DNA of 64,000 nt from positions 1 through 64,000 of IMG/VR virus record IMGVR_UViG_3300038428_000825, one strand, 5' to 3'. The DNA is from a virus (lineage: Duplodnaviria > Caudoviricetes). Positions 26,264 to 36,639 of the stretch are shown one piece after another (the first letter of the stretch is position 1; every line of letters begins with the position of its first letter). Below the pieces are notes generated by a model. That model was not told the origin of the DNA. It ran no database searches and saw only the letters and a program-made list of their open reading frames with translations. The translations under genes were made by a program, and so were the position numbers.

Positions 26264-27903
26264 TGGCCTTCGAGTCGATCCAGTTCAAGTACACCCCTCC
26301 GCCCACCGTCTCTGCGGCGATTCCCGCTGCACAGGCTGCTGTGCCTGTGAGCCTGGCCACGGGTGGCAGCCTGGCGAATTCCGGGAATGCCACGGCGAGC
26401 GCATCGGCCGCCGGAAAACTGATCGCCAGACTGGCAGACCTGCTGGACACCAATCAGTATCTGCAGCATGTGATCCTTGCAATGAGTACGGGGCTGGGCA
26501 TCGAGTTCGATCCTTCCGTGGATCCGGAGACATCACGGGCGCTGCAAACGATCTATTCAAACCTGCCGGTGCCGACCTCGCTTACCGTCAGTATGTACAA
26601 CCGGATGCTCGATGCCAAGATGACGGCCTTGCAGATCGAATCGGGTCTGGGAACCGGCACTGCCTACGAGACGAATCCGTTTCAGGCGTCAGCCGTCACT
26701 CAGATCAACCAGACTATCGAAAGCGGCCTGGTCAACAGCGGACAATCCCAGTACCAGACTGCTCTGCTTCTGGGCCCATTGAAAGGGGACGCGGTCCTCT
26801 TCAACAACATGACAGCCCAGCTGTCACAGTATCCGGTCATTGCATCGCCGGGAACCCCTTCGATCGCCACCAACAATCCAAACCAGATCTCGATTCTGGG
26901 ACAAGACGTTTCGCCGGCACTGGCGAGCACCATGAACAGCTCGCTCGATTCCTTCCAAAGCTCCTATGCGTCGGTCTACCAACTGACTGTGGGGGTAGGA
27001 GTCGTCGCTCAGGACGTCAATAACGTCCTGAACCAGTTCTTCCTGGAACCTCCCACCAATCTGGTGAGGATGATCCCGATGTTGCAGGCACTTCAAGGCT
27101 TCTCACAAGGGCCTCGTCTGGACTCGATCGTCAACGGGATGACTGGCACGGTGTTCGTTCAACTCATTGCTGAAGCGGCCGGGATGGTCATCATGGCCGA
27201 CCGTTTCATGCAGACCGCGGTGCAGCCCCTCAAAGGCAGCACATCCAATATCGGCCAGATGGTCTCGCAGATCCAGGCAGCCGCGGCCATGGCCAACGTG
27301 GTGGTCAACGGCGCAAGACAGAGCTTCGTGAACACCACCGGCGGGCTCAGGGGTTGTTCGCTGGCCTACAACAGCGGCCTGCCGACAGCGCCGGTCAGTT
27401 CGTCTGCGCTGGTGCCGGCGAGCACCTTCCAGGTTCCCGGGGCGGGGCCAATGACTCCCGGCCTGATGACGTTGGCTACCCACCTCGATTGGGCAAACAC
27501 GACAGTCAGCAACCGGGTCATGGTGCTTCAGGAATCGTTCCAGAAGCTGTTGAATCGCCGGACCGGCGACATGAACACCCAGATGGACATCATCGCCAGC
27601 ACTCAAGCCCTGAACACACTGACCCAACTGGCCAAGGCCGTGATGACTTACAACAGCAGCCAGCCTGCGGTAGGCGCCACGAACTCAGTCACTCAGACCG
27701 CGGCTGTGAGCCAGATCCTCAGCGGCATGAGTTCGACGACAGGCACTTCCTTCGTTGTCACCAACGGACAGATGCAGGCAGTTTCTCCCACAGTCCCCGC
27801 ACCGCCCAGCAACGTGCAAACAGTTCTGACCAAGGGCGGCGTGAACCTGATCGTTGCATCCTCGTCGACTGTAAAAGCACCCACCATCGGAGCAGTGAGC
27901 TAA
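26260..27903 (+). CDS. Hypothetical virion-associated protein (Gln/Ser/Thr/Ala-rich)
   Basis: 547-aa ORF between terminase and portal, coupled at both ends. Confidence 0.7.
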   Translation: MMAFESIQFKYTPPPTVSAAIPAAQAAVPVSLATGGSLANSGNATASASAAGKLIARLADLLDTNQYLQHVILAMSTGLGIEFDPSVDPETSRALQTIYSNLPVPTSLTVSMYNRMLDAKMTALQIESGLGTGTAYETNPFQASAVTQINQTIESGLVNSGQSQYQTALLLGPLKGDAVLFNNMTAQLSQYPVIASPGTPSIATNNPNQISILGQDVSPALASTMNSSLDSFQSSYASVYQLTVGVGVVAQDVNNVLNQFFLEPPTNLVRMIPMLQALQGFSQGPRLDSIVNGMTGTVFVQLIAEAAGMVIMADRFMQTAVQPLKGSTSNIGQMVSQIQAAAAMANVVVNGARQSFVNTTGGLRGCSLAYNSGLPTAPVSSSALVPASTFQVPGAGPMTPGLMTLATHLDWANTTVSNRVMVLQESFQKLLNRRTGDMNTQMDIIASTQALNTLTQLAKAVMTYNSSQPAVGATNSVTQTAAVSQILSGMSSTTGTSFVVTNGQMQAVSPTVPAPPSNVQTVLTKGGVNLIVASSSTVKAPTIGAVS

Positions 27904-30119
27904 TGCCACGCACACCAGACACCACTCTGCAGGACAATGCAGCGGCCCGGCAGGAACGGCTTATGGCCTTTGTTGACGGCACGTCCACCAAGGCCAAGCC
28001 CGGCAAAGCCGCGGTGATCCGCCGAACGATCGCCGGCCAGGTCATCGAGCCCAACATCAAAGGGCTGGGGCGCAGGACTGCCTCGTATACCGATAAGGGC
28101 TTTCAGCCTGTTGAACGGTCGACTGGAGAACGCAGCATCAGCGACAAGCTGATGGAAGGCATGAAGGTTGAGGACGCCGGCAAGATGCTGAACGGCGACC
28201 TGAACAAGATCAAGCTCGACAAGGCAGCCGATTACATCGGCACCTACTATATGTGGAACGGCATCCTGATGCCGGAGTATGACATGCGCGAACCGCACGC
28301 CATCTCTGACACCGAGGTCTACGTCAAGCAGGCCGTGGCCCGCAAGCTGGCGCTCGCCGCGCGCGCCGGCTACGAGATCATGAGCGATCGGCAGGAAGAT
28401 GCTGAATATGTCCAGACCCGAATCGATGCCTTTGAGTTCGTGACAGAGCGCAGCTTCGAGAGCTTCCTCAAGGGCGTCCTGCGCAACCTGTTCCTGTGTT
28501 CCAACTGCTTCCTCCTCAAGATCCGCAAGGAAGACGCTTCCCCGGTGAGCAAGAAGAAGGGCGGCAGGGTTCCAGTCGCAGCTTATGTGATCATCCCCGC
28601 CCACACGATGCACCCTTATCTGGAGAAGGGGAAGATCAGCAAGTGGCGCCGCATCTTCGATCACGGCATTCCCTGGATCGATTATCCGGTTGAGGACATT
28701 GTTCACCTCAAGTGGGATGTGAAGCCCGGGCATATCTTCGGAACCCCGCGCACCATCGCCGTTCGTGACGACATCTTTGCCCTGCGCCGGCTGGAAGAGA
28801 ACATCGAGCTTCTGTTCATCAACCACCTGTTCCCTCTGTTCCATGTCCAGGTTGGCAACGAGAAGGCGCCCTGCACTTACGGCCCGGGCGGTGAGTCCGA
28901 GATCGACATGGTGCGCTATCAGATTGAGAACATGCCCAAGGAGGGTGTGTTCGTCACCGATGAGCGCGTAACGGTCACCGCTGTTGGCGCCGAGGGCAAG
29001 TCACTCGACTTCAAGGCCCTGGTGGAGCACTTCAAGTCCCGGGTCTACATCGGCCTGGGCATGAGCGCCATCGACATGGGCGAAGGCGCCGACGCCACCC
29101 GTGCCACCGCCGACAACATCTCGCAGAACCTGAAGGATTCGATCAAGGCCGACCTCGACGAGCTCGCCGATCAGATCCGGATGCTCATCTTCAAGGAATG
29201 GTTCCAGGAGGCCAATTACTCCACATCCGTTCAGAAGGGTGTGGCCCGGACCAAGCTGTCATTCCACGAACTCGACCTCGACAATCGGATCAAGGAAGAG
29301 ACGCATGTGATGGCCCTCTTCAACTCCCATCTGATCACGGAGACGGAAGCCCGCAAGCGGATGAAGTACAAGCCGATGTCCAAGGCGGAGCAGAACGACA
29401 CCCACTTCGCACTTCATGTGCTGCGTCTGGAACGGGAGATCATCAAGTACAAGACAGCTTCGGCCATCGAGATCGCTGTACAGGATGTCACGAACCAGAA
29501 GGCATTGGCTGGAACCCAGATGAAGTTGATGGAAGCCCAGGCCAAGCTGTCCGAGGCCAAGGCTGGCCACGAGCAGCAGAGCCTCGAGGCGCAGGCAAAG
29601 CACCTGCCCGTTATCGCCAAGGCCAAGGTGGCCGTGGCCAATGCCAGCGCGCGCCGCGCCAGCAAGGGCACCGGCGCCGGTCGCCCGCGTGGAGGCACTG
29701 CCAAGAAGACCACACAAACCGCCGCGGCAACCGCCAATAAGATGCGGCCGGCCAACCAGCATGGATCCAAACTCGGTCCAGGCAAGAACAGCGACAGCCT
29801 CATCGGCGAGATCTATGAAGGCTTGGTGCAGGGTCGGGAGCGATTGATTGCTGATGGTCTGAATGTGGATAAGAACTGGCGTGAAGCAAGCGGTCAGATC
29901 ATCGATGAGATCGTTGCGCGACTCAACCAGCGCGAAATCACCGATTCAGTTGGTGATTCCTATACTAGACAGGAACGAGCCGCCGGATTGAATTCATTGA
30001 AGTCCGTGATTGCTGAAACTTCTGATCCTGAGCTTCTTTCCGTGATTCTTCGAGCGGAGTTGGAAGACGAGGTAGATAATGCCGAGCTTGAATATGCCGT
30101 TGCCGATCGCGCAGCTTAA
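27903..30119 (+). CDS. Portal protein
   Basis: ATG 27903 with GGAG RBS; DIVHLK...IFGTP...DDIFALRRLEE...; position between terminase and protease. Confidence 0.8.
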   Translation: MPRTPDTTLQDNAAARQERLMAFVDGTSTKAKPGKAAVIRRTIAGQVIEPNIKGLGRRTASYTDKGFQPVERSTGERSISDKLMEGMKVEDAGKMLNGDLNKIKLDKAADYIGTYYMWNGILMPEYDMREPHAISDTEVYVKQAVARKLALAARAGYEIMSDRQEDAEYVQTRIDAFEFVTERSFESFLKGVLRNLFLCSNCFLLKIRKEDASPVSKKKGGRVPVAAYVIIPAHTMHPYLEKGKISKWRRIFDHGIPWIDYPVEDIVHLKWDVKPGHIFGTPRTIAVRDDIFALRRLEENIELLFINHLFPLFHVQVGNEKAPCTYGPGGESEIDMVRYQIENMPKEGVFVTDERVTVTAVGAEGKSLDFKALVEHFKSRVYIGLGMSAIDMGEGADATRATADNISQNLKDSIKADLDELADQIRMLIFKEWFQEANYSTSVQKGVARTKLSFHELDLDNRIKEETHVMALFNSHLITETEARKRMKYKPMSKAEQNDTHFALHVLRLEREIIKYKTASAIEIAVQDVTNQKALAGTQMKLMEAQAKLSEAKAGHEQQSLEAQAKHLPVIAKAKVAVANASARRASKGTGAGRPRGGTAKKTTQTAAATANKMRPANQHGSKLGPGKNSDSLIGEIYEGLVQGRERLIADGLNVDKNWREASGQIIDEIVARLNQREITDSVGDSYTRQERAAGLNSLKSVIAETSDPELLSVILRAELEDEVDNAELEYAVADRAA

Positions 30120-30306
30120 CGGCCCTGGGATGCAAAACTCCAGAGTGACTCCGCTGCAACAGGCACTTGCGCAGGATGCGTCCGCTCTGTTCCAGAGCAA
30201 CGCATCGATTCAGCCCATCCCGCAGGGAGGTCCCTTCCTGCTTGAGATTCCTCTCAACCGTTAAGTAGTGGGGCGCCGGACTGAACTTCGTTACCCGGAC
30301 TACTAA

Positions 30307-30317
30307 CTAACGGTTGG
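30307..30317. promoter_or_regulatory. Palindromic CYAACNGTTRG motif (putative operator); other copies at 34638, 36265, 39977, 43945, weaker at 15461 and 30255
   Basis: CTAACGGTTGG, CTAACAGTTGG, CCAACAGTCGG, CCTAACAGTTAGG, ACTAACCGTTAGT, all at gene boundaries. Confidence 0.6.
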
Positions 30318-30335
30318 TTTTATACAAGGTAGGAC

Positions 30336-32789
30336 ATGCTGAGCGAGCGCCGTTGGCTCAAGATCCACGACTTCTTGACGTTTCGTCCGAGCGCGGTTCT
30401 TGAGAACAAGAGATTCCTGTTCGAGTGCAAAGACTCGAAGTCCGAGACAGGCCACAGCCTGCTCGTTCGCGTGGACGCGACTCACGCCGGGATCGTTACG
30501 GGCAATCGCAAGTTCTACCGTCCCGATTGCATGCAGGACGCGGTTCAGACCTGGGTTCCTAAAGGGGTCGCCGCACTTCCCGTCCTTCGGGGGCATGACA
30601 AAGAAGGCGATGTTCTGGGCCGGATTCGTGAGGCCAAGTATATCGACGACTCCTGGAAATACGCCAGGGACTTTCCGGTTCTGAAGGAATCAGTCTTCTA
30701 CAACCGCGATTCGAAGTCCGGCAACAAGTTCAACCTGTTCAAGACGGTGGACTGGATCCAGGACAACCTGGCCCGAGTGAAGGGCTACCAGGGCGTTGGT
30801 CATATCGAACTGGGTCTGAACCTGACCAACCCTGATGCGATTCAAAAGATACTCCGCGACGAGTATCTGTGCGTTTCGGCCGGCGCGATTACCGACTCGG
30901 CCACTTGTTCCATCTGCCACACCGACTGGGCGTCTGAAGACAAGTGCGAACACCGCCCCGGTGAGATTGTCGATGGACGCATGGCCTTCCTGATCTCGGG
31001 AAGGTTCAAGTACAAGGAGCTCAGCTTCGTCAACTTCGGAGCCGATCCGTTTGCTCAGGTGAAGTCCTATGAGTTGAAGGATTCCCTCGAGAAGATGTTC
31101 TTCCTTGGTCTGCCTCTCGATGACCAGCAATTTGCTATCGACAGGGGCCTCAAACTGACCGACAGCCTGTACGAGTCGGACATCGTGATTGAATACGAGG
31201 AACCAAAGATGACGATTGACGTGGCCGCCGTTGGGAAGACTCTCAAGAGCCCTGATCTGACGGCAGAAACAGCATTCGATCTTCAGGATCAGCTCACGGC
31301 CTGGACACCGGAAACGGACGACGACAAGACCTCCCGGCGCAGCCTGCAGTCGACTCTCACAGCCAAGATCCGCAAGAACGGTTGGAAGCGGAAAGAAACT
31401 GCCGATCCGGCCGCGATCGAAGATGCCGGCATGAGCGCCGATCTTGCAGCGGTTCCCGCAGTGGCCGAAGATGCCAACGCCGCGGCTGCCATTACGACAG
31501 CGGTTGCTGAGGCAACCGAGTGCGTGGACGGGGTCTGCGATTGGACAGAGTTCACCCTGACCGATGAGGACCAGGCGTTCTTCGCCGACGAACAGAAGGT
31601 TTACGACGAGCTTTGCGTCGAGCTGGATGCCGCCGGCACCAGCGGCGAGTTGAAGGACGAACAGATCAAGGACGCCAAGCTGGATGCGGAAGCCCGCAAG
31701 AAGCTGAGTGGCAAGTCCTTCTGTGGTCCGAATCGCACCTTCCCCGTGGAAGACTGCGCGCATCACACCGCAGCCCTTCGGCTGCTCGGCCGGGCCAAGA
31801 TCAGCGACGGCGCCAAGGAGAAGATACGGGCCTGCGTGGAGAGAAAGGGCAAGACCTTGAAGTGCGGGATTACGAAGACCGAGGACGCACAGAACAAGTG
31901 CTTCAATTGCGGTTCTAAAAAGAACCTCGGCTTTACTTCCGATGGCGAGTACGTCTGCGAAGAATGCTCCGACAACCTCAGGGATAAGCTTCGGGGACCG
32001 ATCAGTGATGAGCTGAAGACTCTGGCTGCCGACCTGAAGCTGTTCGATGCCGAGGAGGCCGACAAGGACACCCGGGCCGCAGAGGTCAAGGAGATTCTTG
32101 GCCACTACGAGTGTCTGGACAAGCATCACAAGTCAGCGGCTTCCGACAAGCACGGACTGCAGTACAAGATGGAGGATCTTCACAGCGCCCTGGGCGAGCG
32201 GTGGAATAAAGACCGTTATGTCGAGTGGGCCAAGAAGTACCTCACTGAGAACATCAAGGATTCGTTGCTCATCACCAAGGACGAGCTGGCCGAGAAGGAC
32301 GACGCCGTTCTGGGCCTGACCGATGAGCTGGCGACGATCAGAACCAGTGTCGCCACCAAGGACCGCCTGCTCGCCGCCGTCCTCCTGGATTCGAAGACGA
32401 GCCTGGCAACGACGCTGGTCATGCACAACTGCCTGCGGAAGAAGGACGGCTATGTCGGCCTCGATCCGAAGCAGATTCAGGACAAGATCGCCGAGTTTGC
32501 CAGGCGCCATATCCAGAGTCTGAAAGACGCTGTGACCGATCTTTTCACCGAGCTGCAGTGGAACACCGCGGCCGAACCGGGGAAAGCTGGCACCGACCAG
32601 GGAACCACGGTAAACGACAACGCTCACGTAGATGAGGCTGATGGAACGGACCCCAGTCCGGCTCTGATCCCTGCGCTCACGGTGCAAGACGCCCAGAAGC
32701 TCGATCGCATGCTCACCTACATTCATGACGAAACGGACCGCCAGCGGTACATCGCCGACGTTCGTTACGGACGTGTGAAGCTCAGCTAA
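30336..32789 (+). CDS. Prohead protease fused to scaffolding region
   Basis: ATHAG...NRKFY, VLRGHD...LGRI, CVSAG, CSICH...CEH zinc ribbon, ELSFVN.GAD; acidic coiled-coil C-terminal half. Confidence 0.8.
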   Translation: MLSERRWLKIHDFLTFRPSAVLENKRFLFECKDSKSETGHSLLVRVDATHAGIVTGNRKFYRPDCMQDAVQTWVPKGVAALPVLRGHDKEGDVLGRIREAKYIDDSWKYARDFPVLKESVFYNRDSKSGNKFNLFKTVDWIQDNLARVKGYQGVGHIELGLNLTNPDAIQKILRDEYLCVSAGAITDSATCSICHTDWASEDKCEHRPGEIVDGRMAFLISGRFKYKELSFVNFGADPFAQVKSYELKDSLEKMFFLGLPLDDQQFAIDRGLKLTDSLYESDIVIEYEEPKMTIDVAAVGKTLKSPDLTAETAFDLQDQLTAWTPETDDDKTSRRSLQSTLTAKIRKNGWKRKETADPAAIEDAGMSADLAAVPAVAEDANAAAAITTAVAEATECVDGVCDWTEFTLTDEDQAFFADEQKVYDELCVELDAAGTSGELKDEQIKDAKLDAEARKKLSGKSFCGPNRTFPVEDCAHHTAALRLLGRAKISDGAKEKIRACVERKGKTLKCGITKTEDAQNKCFNCGSKKNLGFTSDGEYVCEECSDNLRDKLRGPISDELKTLAADLKLFDAEEADKDTRAAEVKEILGHYECLDKHHKSAASDKHGLQYKMEDLHSALGERWNKDRYVEWAKKYLTENIKDSLLITKDELAEKDDAVLGLTDELATIRTSVATKDRLLAAVLLDSKTSLATTLVMHNCLRKKDGYVGLDPKQIQDKIAEFARRHIQSLKDAVTDLFTELQWNTAAEPGKAGTDQGTTVNDNAHVDEADGTDPSPALIPALTVQDAQKLDRMLTYIHDETDRQRYIADVRYGRVKLS

Positions 32790-32821
32790 GCAACCAGTAA
32801 GTAGGTTGCAGGAGAAATCTC

Positions 32822-34618
32822 ATGCCAGTTGATCTCAACAACCAGTACACCGGCAAACTGTTCGGGCAAGACCGTATCGGCCAGACGACCCCGGATCTGG
32901 AGCTCTCTGAGCCCCTGAAGCCCTGGCTGCCTGTTCCGTACCCGGCACCCTACCTGCCCGGTCTGCGTCAGGACCAAGGCCATCCGAAGTTGGCTTCTGT
33001 CGTGCTCAGCTCGCAGCATCTGATTGGGCAGGACAAGAGCGGTGCGCTCGTTCCGTCCGGCCTGCAGTGCGGCAAGACGCCTGCCGGCTCGAACGTGTGG
33101 TGCATCATCCAGTACGGCGCGGGCTCGATCGATCAGTTCACCGTCGATCCTCGCACCGGCAATGCCGTCACTCCTGGCGATCATGTGGTTTTGGCGGCTC
33201 CCGCCGATGCCGCGCCAGGCAACGTGACCCTGACCAACGGCACCGTGGTTGCGGTGAGCTGGACCGACATCAACTGGGCCTGGAACTGCACTCTGTTCCC
33301 GAGCGTGACGACCGGCACGACAGTGTCCGGCTCGGCCACCAATGTCCCCCTGGTTCCGGCGCTCACTCACTCCGCTGCTGCGACCGCGTCGACCCTGGTT
33401 TACACGATCGCTGCGGCCGGTGACACCTTTGCAGGTCAGCTGGCATTCCAAGTAGGCGCGGCCGGCCAACAGGTGACGGTTGAGTTCAACGGAACGCTGG
33501 CAGCGGCTGCAACAGCTGTCGCGGCCGCGGTTACCGCTCAGGCACCTGCTGCTGCTGTGACTGCTGCGAATGCGGCCCTCACCGCGGCGAACACCGCCCT
33601 GGCCACGGCCAACACCGCCGTGACGACTGCCAACACCGCCCTCACCGCCGCGAATGTGGTTGTGACCACGGCCGGCATCAACGTGACACCCACGGATCTC
33701 GCCAACCAGTCGGCGGCCCTGGCGGCCTACAACACTGCTCTGGCCAACCTGGCGACTGCCCAGACGACTCAAGTCGCGGCACAGGCTGCTTACACCGCAA
33801 CATTCAACCTGAACGCCGTGACAGCCGTGGCTACCACAACCACCCTGACCATTACGGGTGTGGTTGATGGGGCACTCGCAGCCGGCACCAACAGCCTCGT
33901 CTTCACCAGCGACATCGACGACGTGGGCCATGTGGGCACAGCAGTTCCGTACTCGTACGGCACGGCTCGCCCGATCGGCGTCTGCACCCGGAACGTCTTC
34001 CAGTACATCGGCGGCGTGAGCATCATCGACAAGTCGCTCGCCGGCGGCGTCCTGTACCGTCTCGAAGGCCTGAATCCCATCGGCTTCCAGGTCATGAACT
34101 ACATGCACGAGATGGGCACGGCCATCCAGACTCAGTACGTTCTGAAGGTGCCGTGGATTGGCGCCACACCGAACACACTGCAGCAGGATGCAACGGCCGA
34201 CGGCATTCAGGGCTACGTGCAGGGTTACGGCCGCACCTTCGCTCACTTCACGGGCCTTCCCACCACCGGTGCCGGCGTGACCTTCTCGCCCTTCCAAGGT
34301 GACCAAGGCAACTACACGGTGTTCAACCCGGCGGTCAACTCTCCTGTGGATCTGGTCGGGCGCGTCATCGGCGTCGTGAACATGATCAACAAGATCGGGT
34401 TCTCGAACCGCATCAAGACCCTGTGGGATCCGTCTCGCATGGTTGGTCCGATGACCGATCCGAACCCGGCGGCCATCATGATGGGTGGTTCGGCCACCGC
34501 GGGCCTGCCTTACGACCTGAACCTGACGACCGACGGCATCTACAAGGCTTCGCAGATGCAGAAGACTCAGGCCCGGGCAGAGTACGGCACCTACGTCCTG
34601 GTTCGCGTGCTCCTGTAA
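32822..34618 (+). CDS. Head decoration/minor capsid protein with an Ala/Thr-rich coiled-coil insertion
   Basis: AGGAG RBS; lies between protease and capsid genes; TAANTAL-like heptads. Confidence 0.6.
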   Translation: MPVDLNNQYTGKLFGQDRIGQTTPDLELSEPLKPWLPVPYPAPYLPGLRQDQGHPKLASVVLSSQHLIGQDKSGALVPSGLQCGKTPAGSNVWCIIQYGAGSIDQFTVDPRTGNAVTPGDHVVLAAPADAAPGNVTLTNGTVVAVSWTDINWAWNCTLFPSVTTGTTVSGSATNVPLVPALTHSAAATASTLVYTIAAAGDTFAGQLAFQVGAAGQQVTVEFNGTLAAAATAVAAAVTAQAPAAAVTAANAALTAANTALATANTAVTTANTALTAANVVVTTAGINVTPTDLANQSAALAAYNTALANLATAQTTQVAAQAAYTATFNLNAVTAVATTTTLTITGVVDGALAAGTNSLVFTSDIDDVGHVGTAVPYSYGTARPIGVCTRNVFQYIGGVSIIDKSLAGGVLYRLEGLNPIGFQVMNYMHEMGTAIQTQYVLKVPWIGATPNTLQQDATADGIQGYVQGYGRTFAHFTGLPTTGAGVTFSPFQGDQGNYTVFNPAVNSPVDLVGRVIGVVNMINKIGFSNRIKTLWDPSRMVGPMTDPNPAAIMMGGSATAGLPYDLNLTTDGIYKASQMQKTQARAEYGTYVLVRVLL

Positions 34619-34659
34619 TCCAGACGCATATACCTAACTAACAGTTGGTTTAGGACTCC

Positions 34660-34860
34660 ATGCCGCAGATCGTGATTACCCAGGGTCAAGCGTATGTCAA
34701 GGGTGACGGTCTGCGGTGCATGGCCAAACGCTCCGATGGCACAGGCCGAGTCTGCGACAAGCTTGTGGTCAAGAAGAACCCCGCGGGTGAGATCGCCGGG
34801 GCATTCCAATGCCCCGATCGCCGGTGTCGCCAGCTTATCCAAGTCGAGACCAGACGCTAA
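34660..34860 (+). CDS. Small Com-like zinc-finger protein
   Basis: LRC...VCDKL...FQCPDRRCRQ four-Cys pattern resembling Mu Com-type fingers; AGGA RBS. Confidence 0.55.
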   Translation: MPQIVITQGQAYVKGDGLRCMAKRSDGTGRVCDKLVVKKNPAGEIAGAFQCPDRRCRQLIQVETRR

Positions 34861-34938
34861 CTGCGGTCTCTGACTCACCACCTTTACAATCCGCCGGCCC
34901 ACGTTGGACCAAACCGCCCTGAGGAGGGTATTTTCCAA

Positions 34939-36264
34939 ATGTCAAAGACCAAGGTCACTCCCGAACAATTCAAGGCAGAACTTGAACTGCAGGATCGGTT
35001 TGCGACAATCTTCCGCACGAACGGGTGGGACCCGGTCGCCGATAAGAATGTCGACATCAACGATGCCCTGGACATCCAGAACGCTGCCTTCATGATTCCG
35101 AAGGCGATGACGACCATCGTGCAGGAAGGGATCGAGCCGATGTTGATCGGCACCCACCTGCTTCAGAAGATCCAATACAAGCCCGGCATGATGACCGTAT
35201 TCCCGGCCGTCGAGCCTCTGCGTGCAGAGGAAACCGGTGACGGCATGGATCTGCCGATCTACAACATCAACATTGGTGGTGCGCAGTCCTTCGGCGTGAC
35301 CGTCAAGCGTCACGGCCTTCGCCTGAAGATCGCCAAGCGGTTCGTCGAGGAATCGGCCTATCCCTGGATCAACTTCTGGCTGCGTCTGGCCGGCAATGCT
35401 CTCGCGCGTCACAAGGAAGAGTACATCTTCGACTTCATCACGAAGCTCGGCACGCTGGTCTTCGACAACGACCCGAACTCCCGTCTGTCCAGTTCCACCT
35501 TGCAGCCGATCAAGGGCGTCACGACCGGCCGTAACTACAAGGGCGTGCTGAACGGCTCCATGACAGTGGACGACGTGTTCGATATGTACGCGGCTGTGCT
35601 GCTCAACGGCTTCGTGCCCGACACGCTCCTGGTCCACCCGATGGCGTGGCTGATGTGGGTCAAGGATCCTGTCCTCCGTGAGTTTGCCATCCAGGCAGGC
35701 GGCGGCAGCTTCTTCGCCAACTTCACCGGCAACCCTGCGGTGCTTGGCAACAAGTTCTACAACAACGGCGGACTCGGCATCGGCCAAGGTCAGACCGGGC
35801 AGTACACCAACGGTCAGCTCACCGGCGGCGAAGTGTCGAAGGCGACTTCTGGCAACTATCAGAACATGACGTCGGCCCCGATCCTGCCGAACTACCTCGG
35901 CATTCCATTCCGTATCCTGGTCAGCCCGTTCGTGAACTTCGATCCCGAGCAGCGCACGACCGACATCATGATGTTCAACAGCCGCAACCTCGGCGCCCTG
36001 ATCGTGGCTGAAGAGCCTCATGTCAAGAGCTGGGAAGACGGCCAGTACAACATCCAGAACATGTCGATCGAAGAGACCTACGGCTTCGGCATCCTCAACG
36101 AGGGTCAGGCCATCGCGGTCGCCCGCAACGTGAAGATCCGCCCGAACGAGTTCGTGATGCCCGCCCGCACCGTGTACAACCTGTCGGATTCGGACAGCAC
36201 CTACACCGATCTGGGCACGGCGCCGATCTTCGATCCGGCCAACCCGCTCAACGTCAACGCCTAA
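34939..36264 (+). CDS. Major capsid protein (HK97-like fold)
   Basis: GAGGAGG RBS, strongly biased codons, 441 aa, E-loop/P-domain-like segments (AGNALARHKEE, PDTLLVHPMAW, ETYGFGILNEG), followed by a strong hairpin. Confidence 0.85.
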   Translation: MSKTKVTPEQFKAELELQDRFATIFRTNGWDPVADKNVDINDALDIQNAAFMIPKAMTTIVQEGIEPMLIGTHLLQKIQYKPGMMTVFPAVEPLRAEETGDGMDLPIYNINIGGAQSFGVTVKRHGLRLKIAKRFVEESAYPWINFWLRLAGNALARHKEEYIFDFITKLGTLVFDNDPNSRLSSSTLQPIKGVTTGRNYKGVLNGSMTVDDVFDMYAAVLLNGFVPDTLLVHPMAWLMWVKDPVLREFAIQAGGGSFFANFTGNPAVLGNKFYNNGGLGIGQGQTGQYTNGQLTGGEVSKATSGNYQNMTSAPILPNYLGIPFRILVSPFVNFDPEQRTTDIMMFNSRNLGALIVAEEPHVKSWEDGQYNIQNMSIEETYGFGILNEGQAIAVARNVKIRPNEFVMPARTVYNLSDSDSTYTDLGTAPIFDPANPLNVNA

Positions 36265-36287
36265 CCAACAGTCGGTTCTGTGCAACC

Positions 36288-36309
36288 GGGCGGCGGGCAA
36301 CCGCCGCCC
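36288..36309 (+). terminator. Hairpin after the capsid gene
   Basis: GGGCGGCGG-gcaa-CCGCCGCCC. Confidence 0.65.
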
Positions 36310-36411
36310 TTCGTGTAGTGACTTGCAACCGTTTCTCAGCGAGGCCCTATGTACACGAAATTCAATCGGCCTAGACACAAACACCCACCCTATGTAACCA
36401 AGGAGGATTTC

Positions 36412-36639
36412 ATGGCAGCAATCGACGATCTTAACACGGCGGTCGCGGCGCTTCAGGCCGAGGATGTGCTGGTGCTGGCCGGACTTGCCAGTCTTCAAGC
36501 ACAGGTCACCACGCTCAACACGACCATTGCCAACTCGCCGAACGTGGACCCCACGATTGAGACCGCCGCGCAGGCGGTGCAGGCCGAGGTGGTCAAGTTC
36601 CAGGCCGCGCTTGCACCCGCCGTTCCCGCGGCCAGCTAA
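36412..36639 (+). CDS. Small coiled-coil protein
   Basis: AAGGAGG RBS before ATG 36412; followed by hairpin 36651-36679. Confidence 0.75.
   Translation: MAAIDDLNTAVAALQAEDVLVLAGLASLQAQVTTLNTTIANSPNVDPTIETAAQAVQAEVVKFQAALAPAVPAAS

Noticed and set aside
27354-27902. 183-codon in-frame extension upstream of the portal start
   Set aside because: It overlaps a well-supported gene in another frame; RBS and TAATG coupling support ATG 27903; no slippery site recognised
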